NCBI GenBank assembly: GCA_050297075.1
Contig: JBNKSC010000025.1
Span: 360,549-384,548, forward strand
Length of the DNA stretch: 24,000 nucleotides
Origin: Terasakiella sp.
GTDB lineage: Bacteria > Pseudomonadota > Alphaproteobacteria > Rhodospirillales > Terasakiellaceae
Reading direction: 5' to 3'
Under the pieces are notes generated by a model, which saw nothing but the letters and a program-made list of their open reading frames with translations, searched no databases and was not told the origin of the DNA. The position numbers were made by a program, and so were the translations under genes. Of the stretch, positions 9,775-17,407 are shown one piece after another; the first letter of the stretch is position 1; every line of letters begins with the position of its first letter.

Positions 9775-10524
9775 TCAGCCCGCCAGCTTGGCCATAATTT
9801 CGTCTGAAACTTCCATATTGGTGTAAACGTCCTGAACATCATCCAGATCTTCCAACGCTTCCACCAAGCCCATCAGACTTTGAGCCTTTTCTTCATCCAG
9901 CTCTGTGGTGTTGGTCGGTTTCCAGTCCAAAGAGGCCCCTTTGGAATCGCCAAACTGTTTGACCAGCTCATCCAGCACACTGTGCAACTCATCCGGTTCA
10001 CAAGAAATCTCATGCTCTTCATCCGTTGTTTCCACATCGGTTGCACCAGCTTCAAGTGCCACTTCAAACATGGCTTCATGGTCTGCTGCATCAAGTGCAT
10101 AGGTGATCAAGCCACGGCGTTCAAAGGAAAACGCAACAGAACCGCTTTCCCCCAAATTTCCGCCACGTTTGGAAAAAGTGGAACGCACATCAGAAGCGGT
10201 ACGGTTTCTGTTATCGGTCAAACATTCGACAATCAGCGCAACGCCACCGGGGCCGTAGCCTTCGTAGCGCATTTCCACATAATCGTCCCCGTCCATCTCG
10301 CCGGAGCCTTTTTTGATGGCGCGTTCGATATTGTCTTTCGGCATGGAAGCCCCTTTGGCCGCAGCAATAGCGGTGCGCAAACGGGGGTTCATGTCCGGGT
10401 CAGGTGTCCCCATCCCGGCTGCGACAGTGATTTCTTTTGAAAGTTTTGCAAATTCCTTGGCGCGTTTTTTATCTTGGGCGCCCTTGCGGTGCATAATGTT
10501 CTTAAACTTGGAATGGCCAGCCAT
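9775..10524 (-). CDS. yebC: YebC/PmpR family DNA-binding transcriptional regulator
   Basis: [32 protein letters not shown] is the hallmark YebC N-terminus. 249 aa, located upstream of ruvC as in many bacteria. Confidence 0.95.
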   Translation of the reverse strand: MAGHSKFKNIMHRKGAQDKKRAKEFAKLSKEITVAAGMGTPDPDMNPRLRTAIAAAKGASMPKDNIERAIKKGSGEMDGDDYVEMRYEGYGPGGVALIVECLTDNRNRTASDVRSTFSKRGGNLGESGSVAFSFERRGLITYALDAADHEAMFEVALEAGATDVETTDEEHEISCEPDELHSVLDELVKQFGDSKGASLDWKPTNTTELDEEKAQSLMGLVEALEDLDDVQDVYTNMEVSDEIMAKLAG

Positions 10525-10797
10525 TGTCCTACATTTAATCCTTAATTTTTCTCGAAAAGGGACGAGATTACGATCTCTGGGGATTCTCTTAGCACATCTT
10601 CCTTATAACAAACAACGCACAGCTTGAAACAATATGTTTTTTTAACTAAAGTACTACAATCGAAAGAGTTCTTTAATACCATCGTAGACCGACAAACCGA
10701 TAGGTTGAATTGATATTCGAAAAATGTTCCATTTAATGTTCAAACCCAACACATTTTCCTATCAGTATCAGTTTGACCTGTGTCATAAGTTGATCTT

Positions 10798-10824
10798 TAA
10801 AAATACCGTACTTTCCCCCGATCG
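10798..10824 (+). promoter_or_regulatory. Candidate sigma-28 (FliA)-type promoter for the chemoreceptor gene
   Basis: TAAAaata-N11-cCCGATcg compared with the enteric consensus TAAAGTTT-N11-GCCGATAA. The TAAA and CCGAT cores are at the correct spacing, about 55 nt upstream of the MCP ATG. Confidence 0.35.
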
Positions 10825-10880
10825 GATTCATTCGATCAATAGGGCCTAGGCTTCAAAAAATCAGATAGAACGGGAAACAA

Positions 10881-13040
10881 ATGTCACTGTCGAATGTCAA
10901 AATATCTATTAAACTTCCCGCCATTATCGTCCTGCTTACGCTGATCTCCATCCTGATCACAGGAATTATGGCTTACACCAAATCAGCCGACAACATGCGC
11001 AGCGTTGCAGAAGAAAATATGCAAACGCTCATTGACAGCCGCACCTACAGCATCAAAACTCTGCTGGACGGCATTAGACAGGACCTTGGCATTCTATCCA
11101 GTAACCAGATGGTTAAAGATGCCTTGGTGGAACTGGCTGTAGACTATGACGATGTTAAGGTCGAACATGGTGATGCTGCCGCCTATCTGCACAAGGAATA
11201 TATTAAAAATAACCCGGATAATGAGCATCGTGACGAACTGACACGCGGAGAAGGCGAAGACGCCTATAATGATACCCATGAACGTTACCATGCCTGGTTC
11301 CGCCCTCTGGCAAAGTCGCGGGCCTATCATGACCTGTTCATCGTTGATGCCAAAGGCAATGTTATCTATTCCGTCTACAAGGCGCAGGATTTTGCAACCA
11401 ATCTTGAAACAGGCCAATGGAAAGAAACCAATCTTGCTAAAATCTTTCAGGATATTAAAGAACATAGCGATAATGAAAGCTATGTCACCCTGAGTGATTT
11501 TGCCAGTTATGCTGCCGATAATAACGAACCTGCCAGTTTCATGGGAAGCCCGGTAAAAAATGAAGAAGATGAATTTGTCGGTGCCTTGATTATCCGCATG
11601 CCCATCAAACGTATCAATCAGGTCATGCAGAATCCACGCGGCCTTGGTTCAAGCGGTGAAACCTATTTGATCGGCAAAGACCACCTGTTACGTAGCGACC
11701 TACGCCAAATCAAAGGCCACAGTATCCTCAAGCAAAAAATTGATAATGACGCTGTCAAAATGGCGTTAAAGGGACAAACTGGCTTAATCGAAACTCTTAA
11801 TTACAAGGGTGAAGACGTTTTCGGTGCCTATGCCCCGCTTAAATTCATGGGCCTGACCTTTGGCGTTGTTGCAGAACTTTCTCAGGATGAAGTCCTCTCC
11901 TCTGTTCGTGAAATGCGAACATTCATCATCATCGGTGCAGGCATCACGTTGATTGTTGTCATTTTGATCGGTCTGCTGGTTGCACGCAGCATTGCCGTTC
12001 CAATCGGTAAAATGACAAAAGTGATGCATGAACTTGCCCAAGGGAATCTTCAGGTTCGCATTTTGGGGGATGAACGCAAGGACGAGGTTGGTGAAATGGC
12101 GGATGCCTTGCGGGTCTTCCGCAAGAATGCACAGGAAGTTGAACATTTAAGAGAAGAACAGGCAGAAAGCCAGCGCCATGCAGAAGAAGAACAGCGTGCC
12201 TTCCTGCACCAAATGGCCGACAATTTTGAAAACACTGTTTCCAGTGTTGTTGAGGCCGTTGGCACAGCAGCCCAAGATATGGAAAATACGGCACAAGGTA
12301 TGTCGCGCACCGCATCTGCAACCTCCGAACAATCAAATGTCGTCGCTCAGGCTGCTGAACGCGCAACGGAGAATGTTCAGACAGTGGCTTCTGCTGCGGA
12401 AAAACTTTCTGCCTCAATTACTGAAATTTCCCATCAGGTAGAACAATCACGCCTGATCGCCAAGGAAGCCGTGGATGAGGCCGGTCAGGCAACCGAAACC
12501 GTCAGCAGTCTGTCTGCCGCAGCAGATAAGGTTGGTGAAGTCGTTCAACTGATCACCACCATCGCAGAACAGACCAATTTGCTGGCGCTCAATGCCACCA
12601 TTGAAGCGGCAAGAGCCGGTGAAGCCGGTAAAGGTTTTGCCGTTGTTGCATCCGAAGTCAAAAATCTGGCAGATCAAACGGCGCGTGCAACGGCTGAAAT
12701 CACAGAACAGATTGAAGCCATGCAAGGGGCAACCGGGGATGCGGTTGGTGCCATCACCCATATCGCCAAAACCATCGACAATATGAACGAAATCTCAGGC
12801 AGCATCTCCGAGGCTGTGGAAGAACAGGGATCTGCCACCATAGAAATTTCCCAAAACGTTCAGGAAGCTGCCAACGGTACCGTCGATGTGACCAAGAACA
12901 TTGAAAACGTCAACCTTGCCGCCGCAGAAACAGGTAAAGCTTCACAAATGGTTCTGGAAGCTTCGAGCGGGCTGAACAGTCAGGCCGTTGGCCTCAAGGA
13001 TGTGGTGAAGAAATTCCTTGATCAGGTTCGCAGTAGCTAA
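10881..13040 (+). CDS. Methyl-accepting chemotaxis protein (TM1, periplasmic double-Cache-like sensor, TM2, HAMP, MA signalling domain)
   Basis: TM1 [23 protein letters not shown], a periplasmic region of about 300 aa, then TM2 [26 protein letters not shown] domain follows ([21 protein letters not shown]...). The invariant hairpin tip is [35 protein letters not shown]. Confidence 0.95.
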   Translation: MSLSNVKISIKLPAIIVLLTLISILITGIMAYTKSADNMRSVAEENMQTLIDSRTYSIKTLLDGIRQDLGILSSNQMVKDALVELAVDYDDVKVEHGDAAAYLHKEYIKNNPDNEHRDELTRGEGEDAYNDTHERYHAWFRPLAKSRAYHDLFIVDAKGNVIYSVYKAQDFATNLETGQWKETNLAKIFQDIKEHSDNESYVTLSDFASYAADNNEPASFMGSPVKNEEDEFVGALIIRMPIKRINQVMQNPRGLGSSGETYLIGKDHLLRSDLRQIKGHSILKQKIDNDAVKMALKGQTGLIETLNYKGEDVFGAYAPLKFMGLTFGVVAELSQDEVLSSVREMRTFIIIGAGITLIVVILIGLLVARSIAVPIGKMTKVMHELAQGNLQVRILGDERKDEVGEMADALRVFRKNAQEVEHLREEQAESQRHAEEEQRAFLHQMADNFENTVSSVVEAVGTAAQDMENTAQGMSRTASATSEQSNVVAQAAERATENVQTVASAAEKLSASITEISHQVEQSRLIAKEAVDEAGQATETVSSLSAAADKVGEVVQLITTIAEQTNLLALNATIEAARAGEAGKGFAVVASEVKNLADQTARATAEITEQIEAMQGATGDAVGAITHIAKTIDNMNEISGSISEAVEEQGSATIEISQNVQEAANGTVDVTKNIENVNLAAAETGKASQMVLEASSGLNSQAVGLKDVVKKFLDQVRSS

Positions 13041-13057
13041 GTGGGAATGCCTATAGG

Positions 13058-13080
13058 GATGCCGGGGCATAACCGGCATC
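13058..13080. terminator. Hairpin between convergent MCP and ymdB-like genes (possible non-canonical terminator)
   Basis: 8-bp stem gatgccgg / ccggcatc with a 7-nt loop. No proper U-tract follows it in either orientation (an A-run follows on the plus strand). Confidence 0.3.
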
Positions 13081-13088
13081 TCAAAAAA

Positions 13089-13898
13089 CTATTGCGGTAA
13101 AATCTCAATCAAGCGTCCGCCGACACGAACAGGGCAGATTGTTTTGGCAAGGCCTGTTTTATCGTCGGTTTCCACATAAGCACCGCATAGAGTTGCAGGT
13201 CCATCTGCCGGGGACAAACGCCCGCTGATTTTTTTGGTGAAACGTTCAATAGGTACGGTTTTTTCCATCCCGATAACACTGTCATAGTCCCCACACATCC
13301 CCAGATCGGTCTGATAGGCCGTCCCATTGGGCAACACCTGCGCATCTGCTGTCGGCACATGGGAGTGGGTCCCGGCAACCAGAGAAACACGTCCATCCAG
13401 ATAATGGCCCATCGCCATTTTCTCACTGGTCGCTTCTGCATGAACGTCCACCAAACCGGCATGAAAGTCACGCCCCATAACGCATTTGTCCAACACCGTA
13501 TTAATCATGGCAAACGGGTCATCCAGCGGGTCCATGAATAAACGCCCCATCACCTGCCCGACAAAAAATTTGCGCCCGTCCGCCATTTCATAGATGTGAT
13601 AACCACGCCCCGGTGTACCTTCGGGATAATTGATCGGGCGAAGCAGACGCGGTTCGTCATCAATGAAATTCATCACCTCACGTTGATCCCAGGCATGGTT
13701 ACCGGTGGTAATGACATCCACCCCGACCTCATAAAAAGCATCGCAGATTTGGCGGGTAATCCCGAAACCATGGGCGGCATTTTCACCATTGACGATGGTG
13801 AAATCCAGCCCAAGACTTTCTTTCAACTGCGGGATCTGTTCCAAAATCGCTTTGCGACCACTTCGGCCCATTACATCACCACAGTATAAAAAGCGCAT
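13089..13898 (-). CDS. YmdB-like metallophosphoesterase (TIGR00282-type 2',3'-cyclic-nucleotide phosphodiesterase family)
   Basis: Calcineurin-like metal-binding motifs are present: LYCGDVMGRSGR, NGENAAHGFG, TTGNHAWDQ, GTHSHVPTAD. An AAGGA RBS precedes the ATG at 13898. Confidence 0.85.
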   Translation of the reverse strand: MRFLYCGDVMGRSGRKAILEQIPQLKESLGLDFTIVNGENAAHGFGITRQICDAFYEVGVDVITTGNHAWDQREVMNFIDDEPRLLRPINYPEGTPGRGYHIYEMADGRKFFVGQVMGRLFMDPLDDPFAMINTVLDKCVMGRDFHAGLVDVHAEATSEKMAMGHYLDGRVSLVAGTHSHVPTADAQVLPNGTAYQTDLGMCGDYDSVIGMEKTVPIERFTKKISGRLSPADGPATLCGAYVETDDKTGLAKTICPVRVGGRLIEILPQ

Positions 13899-13916
13899 CT
13901 CTCATCCTTAAAATCT

Positions 13917-14480
13917 TTAATCCGTTATTTCAATAACCCGGCTCGGCGTGACAATCCAGTCCATTCTTTGATCGAATGTCTCCATGGGAACATGTGCCAC
14001 TTCCTGTTCATCAAAGGCAATCCCTACCGCAATCACATCTTTGCGAGCAGCCAATGTACGGTCATAAAACCCACCGCCGAAGCCCAAACGACCGCCATAC
14101 CTGTCAAAAGCCAATAACGGAACCAGCATCAGGTCCGGGTGACATTCCTCTTTCGCCCAATCCGGTTGTTGCGTGGCAAAGGCTCCCTTCACCAACACAT
14201 CTCCCGGCTGCCAGTGCAAAAAGACGAGCGGTGCCTCTTTCTGTTTTACCGCAGGCAAACAGACGTTCTGACCCCGTTTGGAAAGTTCAACCATCAAGGC
14301 CCTTACGTCAATTTCCCCCGCCATGGGCCAATATGCAGACAGGCAGGCGACTTGAGCGAAAGCATCATGTTTCAGAAAAAGGCCTGTCAATTCCTCAGAC
14401 AAGCCGTTGTCGGTTATTTTTTTACGCCGCGCCAGCATCTGTGTGCGCAGATATTTTTTTTCATTTCGTGGATCAACCAC
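13917..14480 (-). CDS. 5-formyltetrahydrofolate cyclo-ligase
   Basis: N-terminal K..LR......R motif (KKYLRTQMLARRKK) and the C-terminal GGGFYDR motif. The track start is the ATG at 14513, which has no RBS. An in-frame GTG at 14480 is preceded by GAGG at a 6-nt spacing and is preferred. Confidence 0.85.
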   Translation of the reverse strand: MVDPRNEKKYLRTQMLARRKKITDNGLSEELTGLFLKHDAFAQVACLSAYWPMAGEIDVRALMVELSKRGQNVCLPAVKQKEAPLVFLHWQPGDVLVKGAFATQQPDWAKEECHPDLMLVPLLAFDRYGGRLGFGGGFYDRTLAARKDVIAVGIAFDEQEVAHVPMETFDQRMDWIVTPSRVIEITD

Positions 14481-14517
14481 ATCCAACCTCAACAAAAACG
14501 GGTGAAGCCACATAAGC

Positions 14518-14690
14518 CGTGCTGTTTACTAGGTCCACCATAGGCCTGCCAAAGCAGGTGGGCGCCGTATAACCACCCCACGAGGTGGCAAGGGACAGCT
14601 CCCTATGGTTTCGTTATTGGCCCCGGGGACTCATGAACAACTACGCACTTCGCAGCCTCACTTCAGGCTATATAGTGCGCTGCCCAGCAA
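14518..14690 (-). ncRNA. ssrS: Probable 6S RNA
   Basis: An ORF-poor gap of about 180 nt between zapA and 5-formyl-THF cyclo-ligase, the same zapA-ssrS-ygfA order as in E. coli. The minus-strand transcript can form a long imperfect closing helix: 5' UGCUG..ACUA..UAGCCUG pairs with 3' CAGGCCUA..UAGU..CAGCA. Internal hairpins are also possible (CCUGC-UUUG-GCAGG, AGGGA-GCUG-UCCCU). The boundaries are approximate. Confidence 0.62.
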
Positions 14691-14693
14691 ATG

Positions 14694-15104
14694 TCACGCC
14701 TCTTGTTCCGGATCTTGCGGACTTTTTTCTTCTTCGCCCTCATCCATCTCTTCAACAACGGCTTCTTCTACAATTTCTTCATCCAACAAATCGGCAATAT
14801 TGGCCAAACGTTCGGCCAGACGGTCAATTCTGGCAGCAACCTGTTCATCGCGGCGTTCACGCACACCGGCATTATGTTCAACCTTATAGCTTTCCAGTTC
14901 GTCGTTCTTGTCGCTCAACTCATCGGCCAGCAACAAGGCTGTCATCACCATCAGGCGTGTATCACCCAATTGTCCGACAGCCGCAGCAAGCTGTCGCACC
15001 CGGTCATCAACATAACGCCCAAGGCGGGAAAGCTGGGCTTCCTGTCCTTCATCGCAGGCAATTTCATAACGTCGCCCGTTAATGGTTACTGCAACTGATG
15101 CCAT
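14694..15104 (-). CDS. zapA: Cell division protein ZapA, with an acidic C-terminal extension
   Basis: MASVAVTINGRRYEIACDEGQEAQLSRLGRYVDDRV...RLMVMTALLLADEL is a typical ZapA sequence. The ATG at 15104 is preceded by GAGGAGGAGG, while the track ORF start at 15146 lies inside the upstream gene. The C-terminus is highly acidic (EEIVEEAVVEEMDEGEEEKSPQDPEQEA). Confidence 0.87.
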   Translation of the reverse strand: MASVAVTINGRRYEIACDEGQEAQLSRLGRYVDDRVRQLAAAVGQLGDTRLMVMTALLLADELSDKNDELESYKVEHNAGVRERRDEQVAARIDRLAERLANIADLLDEEIVEEAVVEEMDEGEEEKSPQDPEQEA

Positions 15105-15105
15105 G

Positions 15106-15483
15106 TTATGCCTCCTCCTCTTCAAGGACTTGCTGAACATTTCCAATCAGCTTTTCAAGGCGGACAGCAAATTCATCTTCACGGCTTTTCAGGGTGCTAT
15201 TGGCCTCTTCCAGTTGGCTTTTTTCTTCACGCAAGCCTGCTATTTCCTCTTTCATACTTTCAAACTGACTGTCGTAATCAGCATCGTGGTAGGCTTCCAG
15301 GGCTTCTGAAAGAGCCAGATTATCTTCCTGTAAACCTTTGACCTGACTATGTAGATTTTCCACGACAGCGCCATCAACCTTATGGCTTTGTTTTTCACAG
15401 AGACGCTGCAAACGGTTAACAACCTCATCGAGTCGCCCAAAAGCAGACAATACGCGCGGAGAAATCTGTGAAGACCCGGACAA
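15106..15483 (-). CDS. Coiled-coil protein encoded upstream of zapA (ZauP-like / DUF4164-type)
   Basis: Heptad-rich sequence (LQEDNLALSEALEAY...EEIAGLREEKSQLEEANSTLKSREDEFAVRLEKLIGNVQQVLEEEEA) directly upstream of zapA, as for Caulobacter ZauP. There is no in-frame ATG near the 5' end. Candidate TTG starts are at 15558, 15522, 15483 and 15450. The one at 15483 has GAGG 8 nt upstream and is preferred. Confidence 0.5.
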   Translation of the reverse strand: MSGSSQISPRVLSAFGRLDEVVNRLQRLCEKQSHKVDGAVVENLHSQVKGLQEDNLALSEALEAYHDADYDSQFESMKEEIAGLREEKSQLEEANSTLKSREDEFAVRLEKLIGNVQQVLEEEEA

Positions 15484-15699
15484 GGAACCAGCCTCATTTA
15501 CCTGATTAAAAGAAAGCGACAAGCCTATGGTAATGACAAAAAAAAACGCCTTGGGCAAGTCCGAAGCTGCAATGGCGCGAAAGAAAGTCCCATTTCACCT
15601 TTTAGTGATGGCAAAGTCCATAACTATGTCCTAGTTTTTACAACCGATACGGTGTATGAGGGGAACACCTGAAGTCGCGATCCTGAAATGGAGGAAACA

Positions 15700-16710
15700 A
15701 TGGCAATTCGTGTCGCAATTAACGGATTTGGCCGTATTGGTCGTCTCTGTCTGCGCTCTCTTATTGAAAGCAACCGTCAAGATATTGAAGTCGTCGCCAT
15801 CAACGACCTGGGCCCGGTGGCAACCAACGCTCATCTGGTGAAATACGACTCTGCACACGGTATCTTTCAGGCAGATGTTTCTGCAACAGATGATGCGCTT
15901 GTCATCAACGGAAAATCCATTGCCTACTGCTCTGAACGCGACCCGGCCAACCTGCCTTGGGCAAAACATCAAATTGATATCGTTTATGAATGTACCGGTC
16001 TTTTCAAAGCAAAAGAACAGGCACAAAAGCATATCGAAGCAGGCGCAAAAAAAGTTCTGATCTCCGCCCCCGGTAAGGATGCCGACATAACAGCTGTTTT
16101 CGGAATCAACCACCACCTTCTGAGCCATGAACACAAGATCGTTTCAAACGGGTCTTGCACAACAAACTGCCTTGCCCCTGTGGCAAAGGTGCTCAATGAA
16201 AGCATTGGTATTGAAAAAGGTTTCATGACGACCGTGCACGCCTATACCGGTGACCAGCGCATGGTTGATGCCCTGCATAAAGATTTGCGCCGGGCACGTG
16301 CCGGGGCGGTTTCCATCATCCCGACCACCACCGGAGCGGCCAAAGCCATCGGGCTGGTTCTGCCGGATCTGGATGGCAAACTGGATGGGTATTCCCTGCG
16401 AGTACCCACACCGAATGTCTCCATGGTTGATCTGTCTTTTGAGGCAGGGCGAAACACAACAGCCGAGGAAATCAATACCTTGATCAAGGAAGCGGCAGAT
16501 GGTCCCCTTAAAGGTATCCTCGGGGCTTATGAGGCAGAACTGGTCTCCATTGATTACAATCACAACCCGCATTCTTCCTGTTTTGATATGACCCAAACCA
16601 AGGTGATACAGGGCAATTTCGTACGTGTTGTTTCATGGTATGATAACGAATGGGGCTTTTCCAACCGGATGCATGACATGGCCGCAGCCATGGCTGAAAC
16701 CGGGCTGTAA
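15700..16710 (+). CDS. gap: Type I glyceraldehyde-3-phosphate dehydrogenase
   Basis: MAIRVAINGFGRIGR is the NAD-binding motif, SNGSCTTNCLAP carries the catalytic Cys, and WYDNEWGFSNR is also present. The ATG at 15700 is preceded by GGAGG (15691-15695), which lies inside the nominal longer ORF that starts at 15688. Confidence 0.97.
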   Translation: MAIRVAINGFGRIGRLCLRSLIESNRQDIEVVAINDLGPVATNAHLVKYDSAHGIFQADVSATDDALVINGKSIAYCSERDPANLPWAKHQIDIVYECTGLFKAKEQAQKHIEAGAKKVLISAPGKDADITAVFGINHHLLSHEHKIVSNGSCTTNCLAPVAKVLNESIGIEKGFMTTVHAYTGDQRMVDALHKDLRRARAGAVSIIPTTTGAAKAIGLVLPDLDGKLDGYSLRVPTPNVSMVDLSFEAGRNTTAEEINTLIKEAADGPLKGILGAYEAELVSIDYNHNPHSSCFDMTQTKVIQGNFVRVVSWYDNEWGFSNRMHDMAAAMAETGL

Positions 16711-16715
16711 AAAAA

Positions 16716-17333
16716 ATGACAACCCAGCTTTATCTCATCACACCGCCAAAAATTGACCTTGTCTCTTTTGCAAAAAAACTCAGTTCGACACTTGACGCAG
16801 CAGAAGTTGCCTGCGTCCAACTGCGTTTAAAAGATATCAGCGATGATGACATCCGCCGGGCCTGTGAAAGCCTTTGTCCTCTTGTTCAGGAACGTGACAT
16901 TGCCTTTGTCCTCAATGATCGCCCCGACCTTGCAAAAGAAATGGGGTGTGACGGTGTTCATATCGGTCAGGAAGACATGCCCTATAAAAAGGCGCGCGAA
17001 ATTGTCGGTAAAAATGCCATCGTCGGCGTGACCTGTCATGATTCAAAACATTTGGCCATGATGGCGGGAGAACAGGGTGCCGATTACGTTGCCTTTGGTG
17101 CCTTTTACCCCACCACCACAAAAGATGCCAAAACAAAAGCCGAACCCTGGATTCTGGAATGGTGGTCCACCATGTTCGAAGTCCCTTGTGTTGCCATTGG
17201 CGGGATCACGACAGATAATGCCCGCCCCCTTGTCGAGGCAGGTGCAGATTTCCTTGCCGTTTGCGGTGGTGTCTGGGACCACCCTGAAGGTCCGGTTTTT
17301 GCCGTTCAAGCCTTTCAAAACCAGTTGCGTTGA
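16716..17333 (+). CDS. thiE: Thiamine-phosphate synthase
   Basis: Matches to TMP-synthase TIM-barrel motifs: LYLITP..., VQLRLKD, LNDRPDLA, GVHIGQEDMP, VGVTCH, GADYVAFGAFYPTTTK, VAIGGIT. Confidence 0.9.
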   Translation: MTTQLYLITPPKIDLVSFAKKLSSTLDAAEVACVQLRLKDISDDDIRRACESLCPLVQERDIAFVLNDRPDLAKEMGCDGVHIGQEDMPYKKAREIVGKNAIVGVTCHDSKHLAMMAGEQGADYVAFGAFYPTTTKDAKTKAEPWILEWWSTMFEVPCVAIGGITTDNARPLVEAGADFLAVCGGVWDHPEGPVFAVQAFQNQLR

Positions 17334-17407
17334 TTTTCACGCTTCGCTAAACTTCTACCCAAAGAAATATAAATATAAATACAATAATACTTTAGGGATA
17401 GAACACC

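Noticed and set aside
10726-10741. A direct repeat GTTC-N8-GTTC (atgttccatttaatgttc) in the yebC/MCP intergenic region, resembling the alphaproteobacterial LexA box upstream of the ruv genes.
   Set aside because: The established alphaproteobacterial SOS box is GTTC-N7-GTTC, and the spacer here is 8 nt. The site is also about 200 nt from the yebC start. I do not call it an SOS operator.
10525-10880. A 356-bp AT-rich intergenic region, examined for a small ORF (e.g. the ATG at 10724, about 42 codons), a CtrA box (TTAA-N7-TTAAC) or a sigma-54 promoter.
   Set aside because: The small ORF has no RBS or recognisable product. I found no correctly spaced CtrA or sigma-54 motif. Only the sigma-28-like element is retained, at low confidence.
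14585-15098. Plus-strand ORFs of 94-165 aa covering the zapA / 6S region.
   Set aside because: They are antisense to zapA and overlap the putative 6S RNA. The proteins are Ser/Pro/Arg-rich with no motifs.
15537-15546. An A9 run (T9 on the minus strand), considered as a possible terminator U-tract.
   Set aside because: There is no convincing preceding stem on the minus strand, and no upstream minus-strand gene that would need termination. It more likely belongs to the promoter or 5' UTR of the zauP-like/zapA unit.
15631-16134. A 167-aa minus-strand ORF opposite gap. Similar long antisense ORFs occur elsewhere, e.g. 19891..20574 opposite psuG, 3046..3582 opposite pal, 1498..2037 opposite tilS/cpoB, 9880..10440 opposite yebC, and 22553..22882 opposite the MFS tail.
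   Set aside because: Each is fully embedded antisense to a gene with strong family-level motifs. Their translations are low-complexity or Cys/Arg/His-rich, with no recognisable domains or RBS. These are typical shadow ORFs.
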